The notes under the pieces were generated by a model that was given only the letters and a program-made list of their open reading frames with translations, was not told where the DNA came from and did no database searches. DNA of 20,000 nt, taken from the NCBI RefSeq assembly GCF_000181795.1, contig NW_003526941.1, forward strand, positions 9,917,283-9,937,282. The letters are read 5' to 3'. The position numbers were made by a program, and so were the translations under genes. Of this stretch, positions 9,315-19,685 are shown piece by piece; position 1 is the stretch's first letter, and each line of letters starts with the position of its first letter. Source of the stretch: Trichinella spiralis. Taxonomy: Eukaryota.

Positions 9315-10718
9315 TTAATCGTGTTCATCTTCATTTTCACCAGGACAGCTTTCAAACATATCATCTTCGCCTAAAAAATGCTCATCAGTAAAATAAATAA
9401 ATAAACAAATAAATGTCTGAAAATTATCGCAGAGAAGAAACAATTAGACTTCTCTCAAAGCTTTTCAACTGTTATAGGCTGAGCTGCTATGGAACTTTGC
9501 GAAGTCTAATTTCACAAAATTTACATCGGACAGCCAGATAATTAACTTTAAATTTACATGCTTAAATTAAACAAACAAATAACTCACTTTGATAATGAAC
9601 GCAACACCAAATGCAATAATTATATTTTGCACGGAGATACATTTTCAGTTCATCCAATCGTCTGCAAAGAACACTTTCTGGCAATTCTACATGCGCTTTC
9701 TCTTTAACAGTATCATCTTCATCTTCTAAACCATCTTTCTTTTTAACCGCAAACCAAGGCCAATACCAATTCTCCAAAGGCGTAGCGTCCGAATCCTAAA
9801 TAAATGATAAAATAATTGAAGATTTTCTGCTTTAAAATACTTAATTCAAAGATTTATAATGCTAGATTTGTGCTAATATAAATAAATATTTTTGAACTTT
9901 GAGAAAGTTCATAAATCAAATGAACTTTTGTTTTCACGGCGACAAATAGCAACCACAAAACGATGCAATATCATGTAAGCTGAAAATTAAATAAAACATG
10001 AAAGTTGAAAAATATCAAACTTACACTAGAGATATCCAAGTTGTAACACGTCTTCTGGGCTGCAGAAAATGTTTTAACTAATGACTGGTAATTTGAACGT
10101 TTTCTATTCCTAAAGAATTAATTAAAAAAATAACAACAAGTTTTCAAAAAGTTTGTTTCACATGTAAACCATAATGTAAGAATTAGACAATAATAACTAT
10201 ATAATAATGATAATAAACCTCTCTTTGTATTCTTTATTTAAACGTTCTTTTTCTCTACGCATCACTTCAGCCATTTCTTTAGCTCTTTTAGCTTCTTCAT
10301 CTTCATGACCAAGACCCATACGGTCATTTTTAAGAACTAACTTGAGTGGTTCCTTTAAATGCTCGTTTGCTTTATGTAATTCAGAATTACTGGGTCGTTT
10401 ACCAAGAGCTGATCCCGGAGTAAAACCCATTTTTTTGAGCATTAAAAAACCTTTGTTCCGTTCATCTATCGCTGTCTCCAAAGCGGTTTCTCGTAAAACT
10501 CGTTCTCTTTCACCAGATTTTAATTGTCTGTTTTGCAAATCCGCAGTGACCTTAGCATTTTCAACTTTGTAACGCTTAGCAACACTAGCTGCAACTATTC
10601 CCGGACGAACATCAGCACTTAAAAACGAAATGATAACATTTATAAAAATAACTCTACAATAAAAGTGTTACCATTTTGCTAGAATGCTTTCTGACATGTA
10701 ATCATCTTCATCATCCAT
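9315..10718 (-). CDS. GPATCH11: G-patch domain-containing protein 11 (CCDC75); exons 10718-10672, 10617-10219, 10109-10025, 9795-9588, 9370-9315 (264 aa)
   Basis: N-terminus MDDEDDYMSESIL...DVRPG, G-patch NKGFLMLKKMGFTPGSALGK...EPL...DRMGLG, then AQKTCYNLD, WYWP, and C-terminal YLRAKYNYCIWC..Y.SEDDMFESCPG..EDEHD*. All four GT-AG introns are phase-consistent (795 nt total). Confidence 0.93.
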
Positions 10719-12913
10719 TATTAAATTTCTTTACGATAAAAATTTGCTATAAGCTCAACATTACAATTGATCGGTAAATTATAGTATAAATTAATCTGAT
10801 AATCAAGAATCAATTCTAAATTTCATTTTGGAACAGATTATTTTTTTAACTTTTACAATTACATTTATCATTTTGGTTAATTCCTGATTAAGTAATTTAC
10901 TTTAACAGCTTTGTTTGAATTATTCTCTTTATATACATTTGAAATTACGAAAGTTGAAGGTATTATTTTACAATAAAATATTTTTTTTGAAAATTTGTAT
11001 TAAAATATTATTAAATTTATTTAATAAATGCATTTTAATTATTAACCATACTTAAATTAATTTAAATAACTTGTTAGATTTCAGAAAAACTGAAATTCTT
11101 TTATTATTATTGTTAAGAAGAAATCTTTTCTCAACAATTATTATTATAGATTATTTATTTCTGAAATTATAAAAAAATATAATAGTGTATTATATATATT
11201 TTTTTCATTAGAGAAAATTTTTTAAGAACAATATCAACAGTATATTGATAATGCATAGAAACAAGTAAACAATTTTATGGAAAAAGTATGATAGCGAAAG
11301 AAAATATTTTTGTTGTTGATTTGCGTTTAAGCAATCATGAATTATAATGTAGTTATTGTAAAATGGAATGGTGCATTGTTATTACATAAAATGGCTAAAA
11401 ATGTACTGATTGTAGCTGAATTATTAAACGACAAATGCACACTGTAGGTGATTTTGAAATTTCCAAGATACGAAAGTGAGTGGTAAACTTTATTGCAATT
11501 AAAACAAAACTCTTGATGTACTTTAATACGTCAAATGTATTATAAATTCATTAATCTTTTTTATTTATGGATTGAAATATTTTGTTAATTTATTATGCAT
11601 GCTGTCATGCGTTTAAAATGTTTACCAGTTAGCTGAAATAGAAGTTAGTTTTTATTTGGTGATTAAAGTTTTGTTATTATAATTTATTTCATGATTTAAA
11701 AAAAATTATTTTATTATACACTACAGGAAAGTGGGTTTCTTGTGGTGAACAGGAAATTCAAGCTGACTGAATATGCCTTAATTAATTATAGAATGACAGT
11801 CTTAGTCCTAGTCAAATATAAAAACCACGCCATTCTGAGGCTTCCTAGAGAGCTGTGTAAAAATTGTATAGGTTTGCCAATTTGACTTGACAACAATATG
11901 GATTTTTGTTTCTGTGCAAACAACTACATGATATTTATAAGCAAAAGAATTCAGTTTTCCTTTCAACCTGATCCGAGTATTTGTCAACATTCATTACAAT
12001 GAAACAATTATTTTTTCAAGGACATGATTGTTTTCTTTCTTTTTTTAATGATCGAAATCGGTTGTATAAATCAGTTTCGTGATGGTACATTTTCACTGTG
12101 GTTTTTAATTCTGTTTTTTTCATAACAAACAATTTTGATAACGTTAGAATTTTCCAGTGTTGCTGATTGAAACGGAGAAGGTATTGAATTTTTGCTTGTT
12201 TATTTACAGTTGAAAGCACAACTGTTGGAGTTGTCACAATTGATCCACATACTGTAATTGTTATTATTGATTTTCAGGTATAAAGTGTACAGTGGAAAAC
12301 GTCAAACGTTGAAGATTTGTTGAATTATTTGAATTGCGATTGTTTGTCGAATCGGATTTTCACTGCTTCGAACACAGAAAAGCACTGTATCACGAGTGTA
12401 TTGTCGGAATGAGCTGTGCGGAAAGTTGAAATGAGGATGTTCGAAAAGTATTCAGGTGTTTGAAAGTCAACTCGTTGCTATAAATTGCAGCAACGAAATG
12501 TTTTGTTTACGTGATATGGATTGATAATCGGCGCTGTTTATCAACAGTATTTTGTTCAAAGTTGCATTCACCTGCACGAGTGTTGTTGATTTGCGCGATG
12601 TTTATATATTTTTAAAATTTTCGTTTCTCTTTTTTATGCCAACAGCAATAGTTTTTTTATGTTTTGTTTTCAGCTCTGTGTGCAAATCGAATGTTTGAAT
12701 CGTTAAAACGAACTGCTTCGAAAATCTCCACGAGAGAAATGGACGAAATGTGCACTGCATTCGTATGCAGAAGAGAAGTGGATGTTTTTGGTGCTTTATT
12801 TAAATTGACCTTTGAACAACGCGTTTGAAAACAAATTACAGTGTTATCGTGGTGTTGATTGGTTTTTTTTCGATTTAATTTGATCCAATTTGTCTCTTGG
12901 GCAGAAAAAAAAT

Positions 12914-14902
12914 ATGTTCGATATGGACAAGAAGAATAATGCTGTTTCAATAAATACTGCTAATGACGACGAGATGCTAATTTATCCATTTCACGAATCG
13001 CCGCCGCCAGCGAAGTGTGGCGAAGAATTTGCCGTTGGACAAGAATTGGTAGCAAGAAACGCTTCGGAAGGGCATTTGTCGAAAAATAAAATACGAATGA
13101 AATGGCGCCAAATGGTGAAGAAGGTTCTGCGCGTGCCGGACCCTTGGGAAATGTTGAAGTTGAATTCCAGCCCAGTGGAACAGTGCCTGCGTTACAGGTA
13201 TTCAGCGTTGCGTGGCGAATGGGTCACCGATAGGGTTTTTGTGAAAATTGAAGACGAACCGTTCGACCGGGGCGCCATGCGTATATGCTATCGTTTGAAA
13301 AAGTGCCCGGGCGTGCATGAAGACGTGCCCAGCGATTGGAGCAAAGCGACAAATTTTGTCGCCAAACGTTACATCGCGCAGAGCGTCTCTAGGGAGACTT
13401 ATTTTGAAGATGTGCGTCTGCAAATGGACGCCAAACTTTGGAGTGACGAGTTCAACCGCCACAATCCGCCGAAAAAAATCGACATTTTCCAAGTGTCGAT
13501 AGTGGAATTTGTCAACCGACCAGAAAAACCCCTTTTCCACTTGGAACACTTCATTGAGGGGAACTACGTGAAATACAATTCCAATTCTGGCTTTGTCCTT
13601 TCTTCGTCGGTTTACCGTCAGACGCCACAAGCATTTAGTCATTTCACGTTTGAAATGAGTGCCCATCAATTAATTGTGGTCGACATCCAAGGTGTTGGCG
13701 ATTTGTACACCGACCCCCAGATTCACACCAGTGACGGTATTGGGTACGGTGATGGCAATTTGGGAACAAAAGGCATGGCGTTGTTTTTTTATTCGCACGC
13801 GTGCAATTCAATTTGCCGTTCGTTGAATTTGGCAGAATTCGATTTGGCGCCAGCCGAACGGGCCAGTCGAAAAAAGTCTTACGCTATAAAGCAGCATTTG
13901 TCGGAGACGGTGGTGCGTGATGCGACCCAACGTTGCCGTGATTTTTGCCCCTCGTCTGGAATCAGGGCAATGGATTACGTGCGAGCCAGGTCGGCAACGT
14001 CGATGATGGCCGCGAGCAGTGGTGACTTCACACCGCTCAGCCCTGGACATTATCCGGATGTTTTCAATTTCACCGAATCTTCTGATGAAACGTCGTCATC
14101 CGAAGTGAACGGTTCTTCTTCGGCTTCGGCACTGCCAATGGAAGCGGCAGCAACAACTGGGCGCCGACGAATTGACTCCGAAGTCGATTCGTCCAGTAAA
14201 CAAGATTCAATGAGAAATCAGTATTGGGCAGGGCGACGAGGAAAATCCCTACCGGCCTGTATAATTACGCAACAGTTGCATTTGCACAATAGTGAGGACA
14301 ATATTCTCGGCCGTATACACTTGGACTTGGCCCGGTATCACGAGCTCGGGAGATTTGTTGAACCGGATACCCAGTATGACCGCAGTGCAGCCTGGTTCCA
14401 CCTCGAGAAGGCGGCTGAGTGTGGGGTGCACGAAGCTGTTATGACGATGGCAAAAATTTACCTCGGCGTCGAACACGAACTGCTGGAAGATTTTATGGAA
14501 GATGGTACGACAGATGAAAATATTAATCAAGGATTGAAATTGGCCGAGAAACTTGCAATCAATGGAGACCGCTGGGCAACGCTGCTGTTAGCTGAACGTT
14601 ATGCTAGTGGCCAGTTGCTCGGCTCGGAAAGAAAACAAAGCTACAAAACAGCGCTGTTCTTCTACAATAAACTGCTCGAACAAGTGGATCCGAAAGGTAA
14701 CGTCGACATTGCCATTTATGAAATCCATGCTGTGATAGCGGACCTCTACCGAACGGGAGGAACAGATTTGAAAAAAGACGTCAATTTAGCTGTGTATCAT
14801 TATAACGAAGCGGCAGCTTTAGCAACTGAAAATTTGAAAGGAAAACTTGCCATGAAGTATTACACCGCTGCTGAACAATGTGCAGCTGAAGAAGGTGAAT
14901 AA
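12914..14902 (+). CDS. EEF2K: Eukaryotic elongation factor 2 kinase (alpha-kinase with C-terminal SEL1-like repeats), single coding exon, 662 aa
   Basis: CaM-binding-like KWRQMVKKVLRVPDPW. Alpha-kinase motifs PFDRGAMR, FVAKRY, YFEDVRLQMDAKLW, KYNSNSGFV, VVDIQGVGDLYTDPQIH, GDGNLG and the Zn site HACNSIC. C-terminal ILGRIHLDLARYHELGRF and SEL1-like helices. AATAAA near 14920. Confidence 0.96.
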   Translation: MFDMDKKNNAVSINTANDDEMLIYPFHESPPPAKCGEEFAVGQELVARNASEGHLSKNKIRMKWRQMVKKVLRVPDPWEMLKLNSSPVEQCLRYRYSALRGEWVTDRVFVKIEDEPFDRGAMRICYRLKKCPGVHEDVPSDWSKATNFVAKRYIAQSVSRETYFEDVRLQMDAKLWSDEFNRHNPPKKIDIFQVSIVEFVNRPEKPLFHLEHFIEGNYVKYNSNSGFVLSSSVYRQTPQAFSHFTFEMSAHQLIVVDIQGVGDLYTDPQIHTSDGIGYGDGNLGTKGMALFFYSHACNSICRSLNLAEFDLAPAERASRKKSYAIKQHLSETVVRDATQRCRDFCPSSGIRAMDYVRARSATSMMAASSGDFTPLSPGHYPDVFNFTESSDETSSSEVNGSSSASALPMEAAATTGRRRIDSEVDSSSKQDSMRNQYWAGRRGKSLPACIITQQLHLHNSEDNILGRIHLDLARYHELGRFVEPDTQYDRSAAWFHLEKAAECGVHEAVMTMAKIYLGVEHELLEDFMEDGTTDENINQGLKLAEKLAINGDRWATLLLAERYASGQLLGSERKQSYKTALFFYNKLLEQVDPKGNVDIAIYEIHAVIADLYRTGGTDLKKDVNLAVYHYNEAAALATENLKGKLAMKYYTAAEQCAAEEGE

Positions 14903-15765
14903 TAAGTTGGAAAACAAAGAATAAACTTTATTCTTATCATTTTTTCAATTTTTGTTATTATATGTTGACAAAGTTTACCTTTCATACATTTTTTCTTCGT
15001 TATTATTTCAAAAATCTATGCTCAAACATCGATATATGTATATATATATATTTATATTTATTTATTTATTTATTTGTATTATGTACGTTAATTGTTTTGC
15101 TTGTTTTCATATCTAGAATAATAAATAAACAGGTTGAAAAAGAAGAGAGAAACGAATATTTAAAAAAATGATTGATTTTCTTGGCTCAAAATAGCCCAGC
15201 TGTTCCCCTCTCTGCTAGTAACTAATACTGAGTGAAAAATAAAATTCAGTAGTGGGAGAAATTTTCACTGGTGTCAAAAGATTTTAAAGACTTGCAAACA
15301 GAATAGACATGACGCTAGTAAACATCGTCGTCATGATCCAGTAATTCAATTACTGCTGAATTTCATTGCTGTTATTCAAACAGCTATTTTCAACAAGTTT
15401 AAAATAACCAGTCGATTCATCTGACATTTTCAGATGACGAATCATCATATAGCTGATGAAATGGTAATTAATAAAACATGAAAGCATTTCCAATCATATT
15501 ATTATTATTCAAATTAGTAGTAGTGATCCATAACTTCACTCAGAAAAAATAATTTGCTTTTCGTAAAAAAAATAATATATTCTTACTAATAAAATACCAC
15601 TCGGACAAATTTGAGCATTTCCAAAATCATGTTCACGATCAACAAACTTCACAAAAAAATAAATATAAGATAAACAGACTCGGTTAATTACCACAAGAGA
15701 GATGCTGAAAAAAGTGAAACTTGTTTCTGTTGTCAAAACAGGATTGCATTTAAACATTAAAAAAA

Positions 15766-16205
15766 TTAGCGTCTTTTGAAACTTGCCTTCAATAATTTTT
15801 TCCTTTTTTCACGATCGCTGAGTTCATGTCGCTTTTTGCCGTGCGTATATTTTCTCTGCTTAAGATTCAGTCGTATGTAGTTTTCATTTTTTCGACGGAT
15901 GGGCTTTCTCTTATTCAGAACTGTGGTTGGCATTTCGTCCAAAACATCATTCTCAGATTCCAAATTGATTCGACTCGAACTCTGCTTTGCCGACGACGAC
16001 TCTGCCGCACCGTCACCGCTTTCAGATTGAAAGGCAAGCTGTGACAATTGATTATATCTCACAGCCATATCTTCCGGCTCAGAAATCTGGGAACGGATAT
16101 AGAAAATCCACATCAGATTCAAATTCCTCCGCACCGAAATCCTGCGAACAAGCCCCGCAGTAAATGATGCATCGCATGATTCACGGGACGACTGTTTTTC
16201 GCTTG
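15766..16205 (-). CDS. 3' part of a probable Sld2/RECQL4-N-terminal-like replication initiation factor (5' part lost in gap)
   Basis: The frame is open from the gap edge to TAA at 15768-15766. NENYIRLNLKQRKYTHGKKR plus a basic tail resembles the N[YF]VRLN.K.K motif of RECQL4/Sld2 proteins. Possible 48-nt intron 16134-16087 (GTGCGG...TTCCCAG). Confidence 0.6.
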
Positions 16206-16798
16206 NNNNNNNNNNNNNNNNNNNNNNNNNNNNNNNNNNNNNNNNNNNNNNNNNNNNNNNNNNNNNNNNNNNNNNNNNNNNNNNNNNNNNNNNNNNNNNN
16301 NNNNNNNNNNNNNNNNNNNNNNNNNNNNNNNNNNNNNNNNNNNNNNNNNNNNNNNNNNNNNNNNNNNNNNNNNNNNNNNNNNNNNNNNNNNNNNNNNNNN
16401 NNNNNNNNNNNNNNNNNNNNNNNNNNNNNNNNNNNNNNNNNNNNNNNNNNNNNNNNNNNNNNNNNNNNNNNNNNNNNNNNNNNNNNNNNNNNNNNNNNNN
16501 NNNNNNNNNNNNNNNNNNNNNNNNNNNNNNNNNNNNNNNNNNNNNNNNNNNNNNNNNNNNNNNNNNNNNNNNNNNNNNNNNNNNNNNNNNNNNNNNNNNN
16601 NNNNNNNNNNNNNNNNNNNNNNNNNNNNNNNNNNNNNNNNNNNNNNNNNNNNNNNNNNNNNNNNNNNNNNNNNNNNNNNNNNNNNNNNNNNNNNNNNNNN
16701 NNNNNNNNNNNNNNNNNNNNNNNNNNNNNNNNNNNNNNNNNNNNNNNNNNNNNNNNNNNNNNNNNNNNNNNNNNNNNNNNNNNNNNNNNNNNNNNNNN
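16206..16798. other. Assembly gap (593 N)
   Basis: Run of N. Confidence 1.
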
Positions 16799-16855
16799 TT
16801 ATGATAAAGTGCGCACAGTTTTAAGTTTTAATATTGGGTTATTGCAGGTTAAAGA

Positions 16856-17467
16856 ATGGAGCAAAGAAAATGTGAAAACACGGACGGGCACGAAGCAGAA
16901 CAAGAGAAGGCAAGAGGTAAATGCGATTTCTTGTGATTCTGTGAAGCACGGCTAATGATATTTCGTAAAGGTGATGTTAATCCTTAGTTTAATGAAATTT
17001 TCAAGTTTGTAGTATGTAGTATATGAGTGAGATATTTTTCACTGTAAAACTGTACTTTTTAATCTTCATATTAAGATTAGATATGACTTCATCTTTAGAA
17101 AGATTGAAAATTAATAAACTTTATTTTCACTTTTTTTCAAATTTCACAGCATCAGAGCCATTTGGTAAATTACATCTTTTGTTCGGTTAACTTTGTTTGT
17201 CAGCATACGCAGCCAGTGTGCTGATATTTTAGTGAAAAGATTTTGCGATGAGTTCCATTTATGTAGGTCATTTTTGAATTTTCAAATGTGCAACTCAGAC
17301 ATGGGGAGGCGTGTTTCGACTAAGTCAATTATTTTATTAAGGCGGGGTAAATTTAAATGTGCATTTGGATTCTTTTTTTAAGTAAACTGAAATTTGATAA
17401 AGAGAAAACTTTTGATTTATTATTTATCATTTTTACAGATATGACCAACGAAGAAAAGAAAAAATGA
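16856..17467 (+). CDS. Candidate small spliced ORF (34 aa, charged); exons 16856-16916, 17150-17164, 17439-17467
   Basis: Acceptors TTGCAG (16847), TTTCACAG (17149) and TTTTACAG (17438), with donors GTAAAT at 16917 and 17165. Phase-consistent product MEQRKCENTDGHEAEQEKARASEPFDMTNEEKKK*. No known homology recognised. Confidence 0.3.
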
Positions 17468-17504
17468 AAACGCGGACGACACGAAGCAGAACAAGAGAAG
17501 ACAA
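16873..17504 (+). repeat. ~40-bp direct repeat, copies 16873-16913 and 17465-17504
   Basis: TGAAAACACGGACGGGCACGAAGCAGAACAAGAGAAGGCAA vs TGAAAACGCGGACGACACGAAGCAGAACAAGAGAAGACAA. Confidence 0.9.
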
Positions 17505-17652
17505 AGTCCCTGGGACCCCAATTCTGTAGGTCTGGGTTTGGGATACTTCGAAAGGGCGAAGTTATTCCATAGGTTTAATTAAGTTAACGACCAGCCTGCA
17601 TGGCTGAGTTTTGAAATAATGCAGTACTTGGTCTTTCACGCAGCAAAATATA

Positions 17653-18005
17653 TGTATACAACTGCTTTCATGTGTCGAAATAATTTTTGATTTTTGTTGA
17701 TTTTTCAATTTTTGTTTTATTTTTTTTACATAGTTTAATTTCCAAAGCAAACTATTTTTATTTTATTTTTATTTAAAAAATTTTTTTCATTCATTCAAAC
17801 TTTATTTTTCTCTACTTTATACATTTTATTGAATTTTCAATTTCTCCCATTATTTCTTTTGATTCTTTTTTATTTTCACTTTTTTCCTTTTCTGCATTGT
17901 ACATTATATTTTTTCAATTTATTTCTCCAAATAGTTTTTTTCTCTGATTTTGTAATTTTCAATTTGACTCTGTAAAAACTCTGACACATGAAAGCATTGC
18001 ATACA
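17653..18005. mobile_element. MITE-like element: inverted termini around a T-rich core
   Basis: Perfect 14-bp inverted pair TGCTTTCATGTGTC (17663-17676) and GACACATGAAAGCA (17983-17996), extendable to about 24 bp with one indel and one mismatch. The interior is strongly T-rich on +. No clear TSD. Confidence 0.4.
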
Positions 18006-18621
18006 AATACGTAAACACGTAATGAACAGTAATGCAAATGGAGAAGAAAGAAGACAAGTGGAGAAAGTCATGATCGGTGAAAGGTTGTGGTTAGGTTGGA
18101 TCGAATCGTTTGTTGGTCAATTCTATTTGTTGGTCAAATGAGGTAAGTATAGGCACGTTGGAGAAGATACGATTTGGCGATGTCGAATTTGGAAAGTTCT
18201 TCATTACAAAGACACAATACAAAGACGTAACAAAAGACCAATACTGCGTTATTTCTTAACGATGATGCTCATGTAGGATTAGTTAAAAAGGGAAAAATCA
18301 TGTTTGCCATTACTAGTTGCCAGCCAGCAATATTAATTAGTTTATAGGAACAAAAACAAAACAGTTAAAATGGGGGAAAATGAAATAATGCACGTAACTC
18401 AAGTAAATTAATAATCTATTTAAAAGTAAGAAAAAAAAATTTTTTCTTTTAATATAAATCAAGAACAATGCAACAACAGCAACAACAATTCTTTATTAAT
18501 GAAAAAGTTTATTTTTCTAAAAAAAGATAAATGTGCAATGTAATACAAACAAACAGATAAAGTCTGGCATAAATGAGTTCTGCGAAATGGCAAACATGCC
18601 GGAAATGGGACTTGAAATATT

Positions 18622-18631
18622 NNNNNNNNNN
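18622..18631. other. Assembly gap (10 N)
   Basis: Run of N. Confidence 1.
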
Positions 18632-19685
18632 ATTCCATATATCAAACTCCTCGTTCACGATTCGAATATATCGCACCACGATGAAAGATTACAACGGACC
18701 AAATTACAACAACCAAAGAATCTAAGCAACAACAATCAACACAGGAAAAGAAAACTAATTTTACCTAAGAAATGAAAACCAGAGATATAAATCAAAAATA
18801 ATCTGAAGAAACAACAACAGTCAAAGAATCTGAACGATTTCTTTTGAATAAGGGTGAACATTTACACTGTAGGAATTTCTGGCAGTCATGTATAATTACT
18901 AACACCTTTGTTGAAGGAAGTTCTCCCCTTTTTGAAAATATCCCGTTAATTTCTCTGGCGCAGATTTGTTGAATACTCCATTAAATGAATAGAATTCATT
19001 AACTTTTGTAGGTATACTGGTTATGCTTGAAAAACTTGAAGAAAATATTTCGCTTTATCACCTGAAGCATTTGCTAACATTGACACGGCTGCAGAAGATT
19101 CTTTGCCTTCCGTCACCTGTACGAAATGGAGAAATTAAAAAAGGTTTTGCTTTGAAGATTTATTCAACTTTGAACTATCCATTTGATGTTGCAGACATAA
19201 TAATCGGTCCTCATAGCTTAACCGCAATAGCGATACAAAATGTTTGTGAATGCTGTATTCAGCTGTAATATGAAAAAATAACACAATAAAAGTGATGGTA
19301 TCCTCTGAGAATGAGATTTCAAGTTCAAACTTTGAAAAGCGTTTCAATGCATTAATTGCTTACATGAAATCTATCCGTTTGATGAAGACTTTGTGGGAGC
19401 AGTTCAACATGCAGATGCAATTTTGGGAACGTCCAATGGGTCCCATTTTCATTAGTTTTTTACTGCTTTCCATCCAACTACAGTAATAACAAGACGCTTC
19501 CGTGGCTATTTTCTGTACAAATTAATCTTCTACTTGCCGCCAAATGCTCTTGTACGCCCAAACTATTATGTAAATTTAAAACCTGTGATGATCCTACACA
19601 ACTGGCCTTAGAATATCCGATGTTTCTCTAGCGACAGATGAAATTGATTTTCTATTTCTCGATCTTTAACGCAAAATCTACTATT

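Noticed and set aside
12360..12450. Structured ncRNA (TTCGAACA/TGTTCGAA stem, GGAAAGTT resembling RNase P CR-I)
   Set aside because: Only an 8-bp stem, with no matching CR-V/P4 partner or tRNA fold.
13202..14530. Antisense and alternate-frame ORFs within eEF2K (likewise those inside MED10, CWF19L1 and GPATCH11)
   Set aside because: Shadow ORFs of real coding sequence, with no recognisable motifs.
15440..15500. Hammerhead ribozyme-like CTGATGA...GAAA
   Set aside because: Stem II pairs poorly and no stem I/III with an NUH cleavage site can be built.
16164..16955. 263-aa ORF on +
   Set aside because: Artefact of reading through 593 N.
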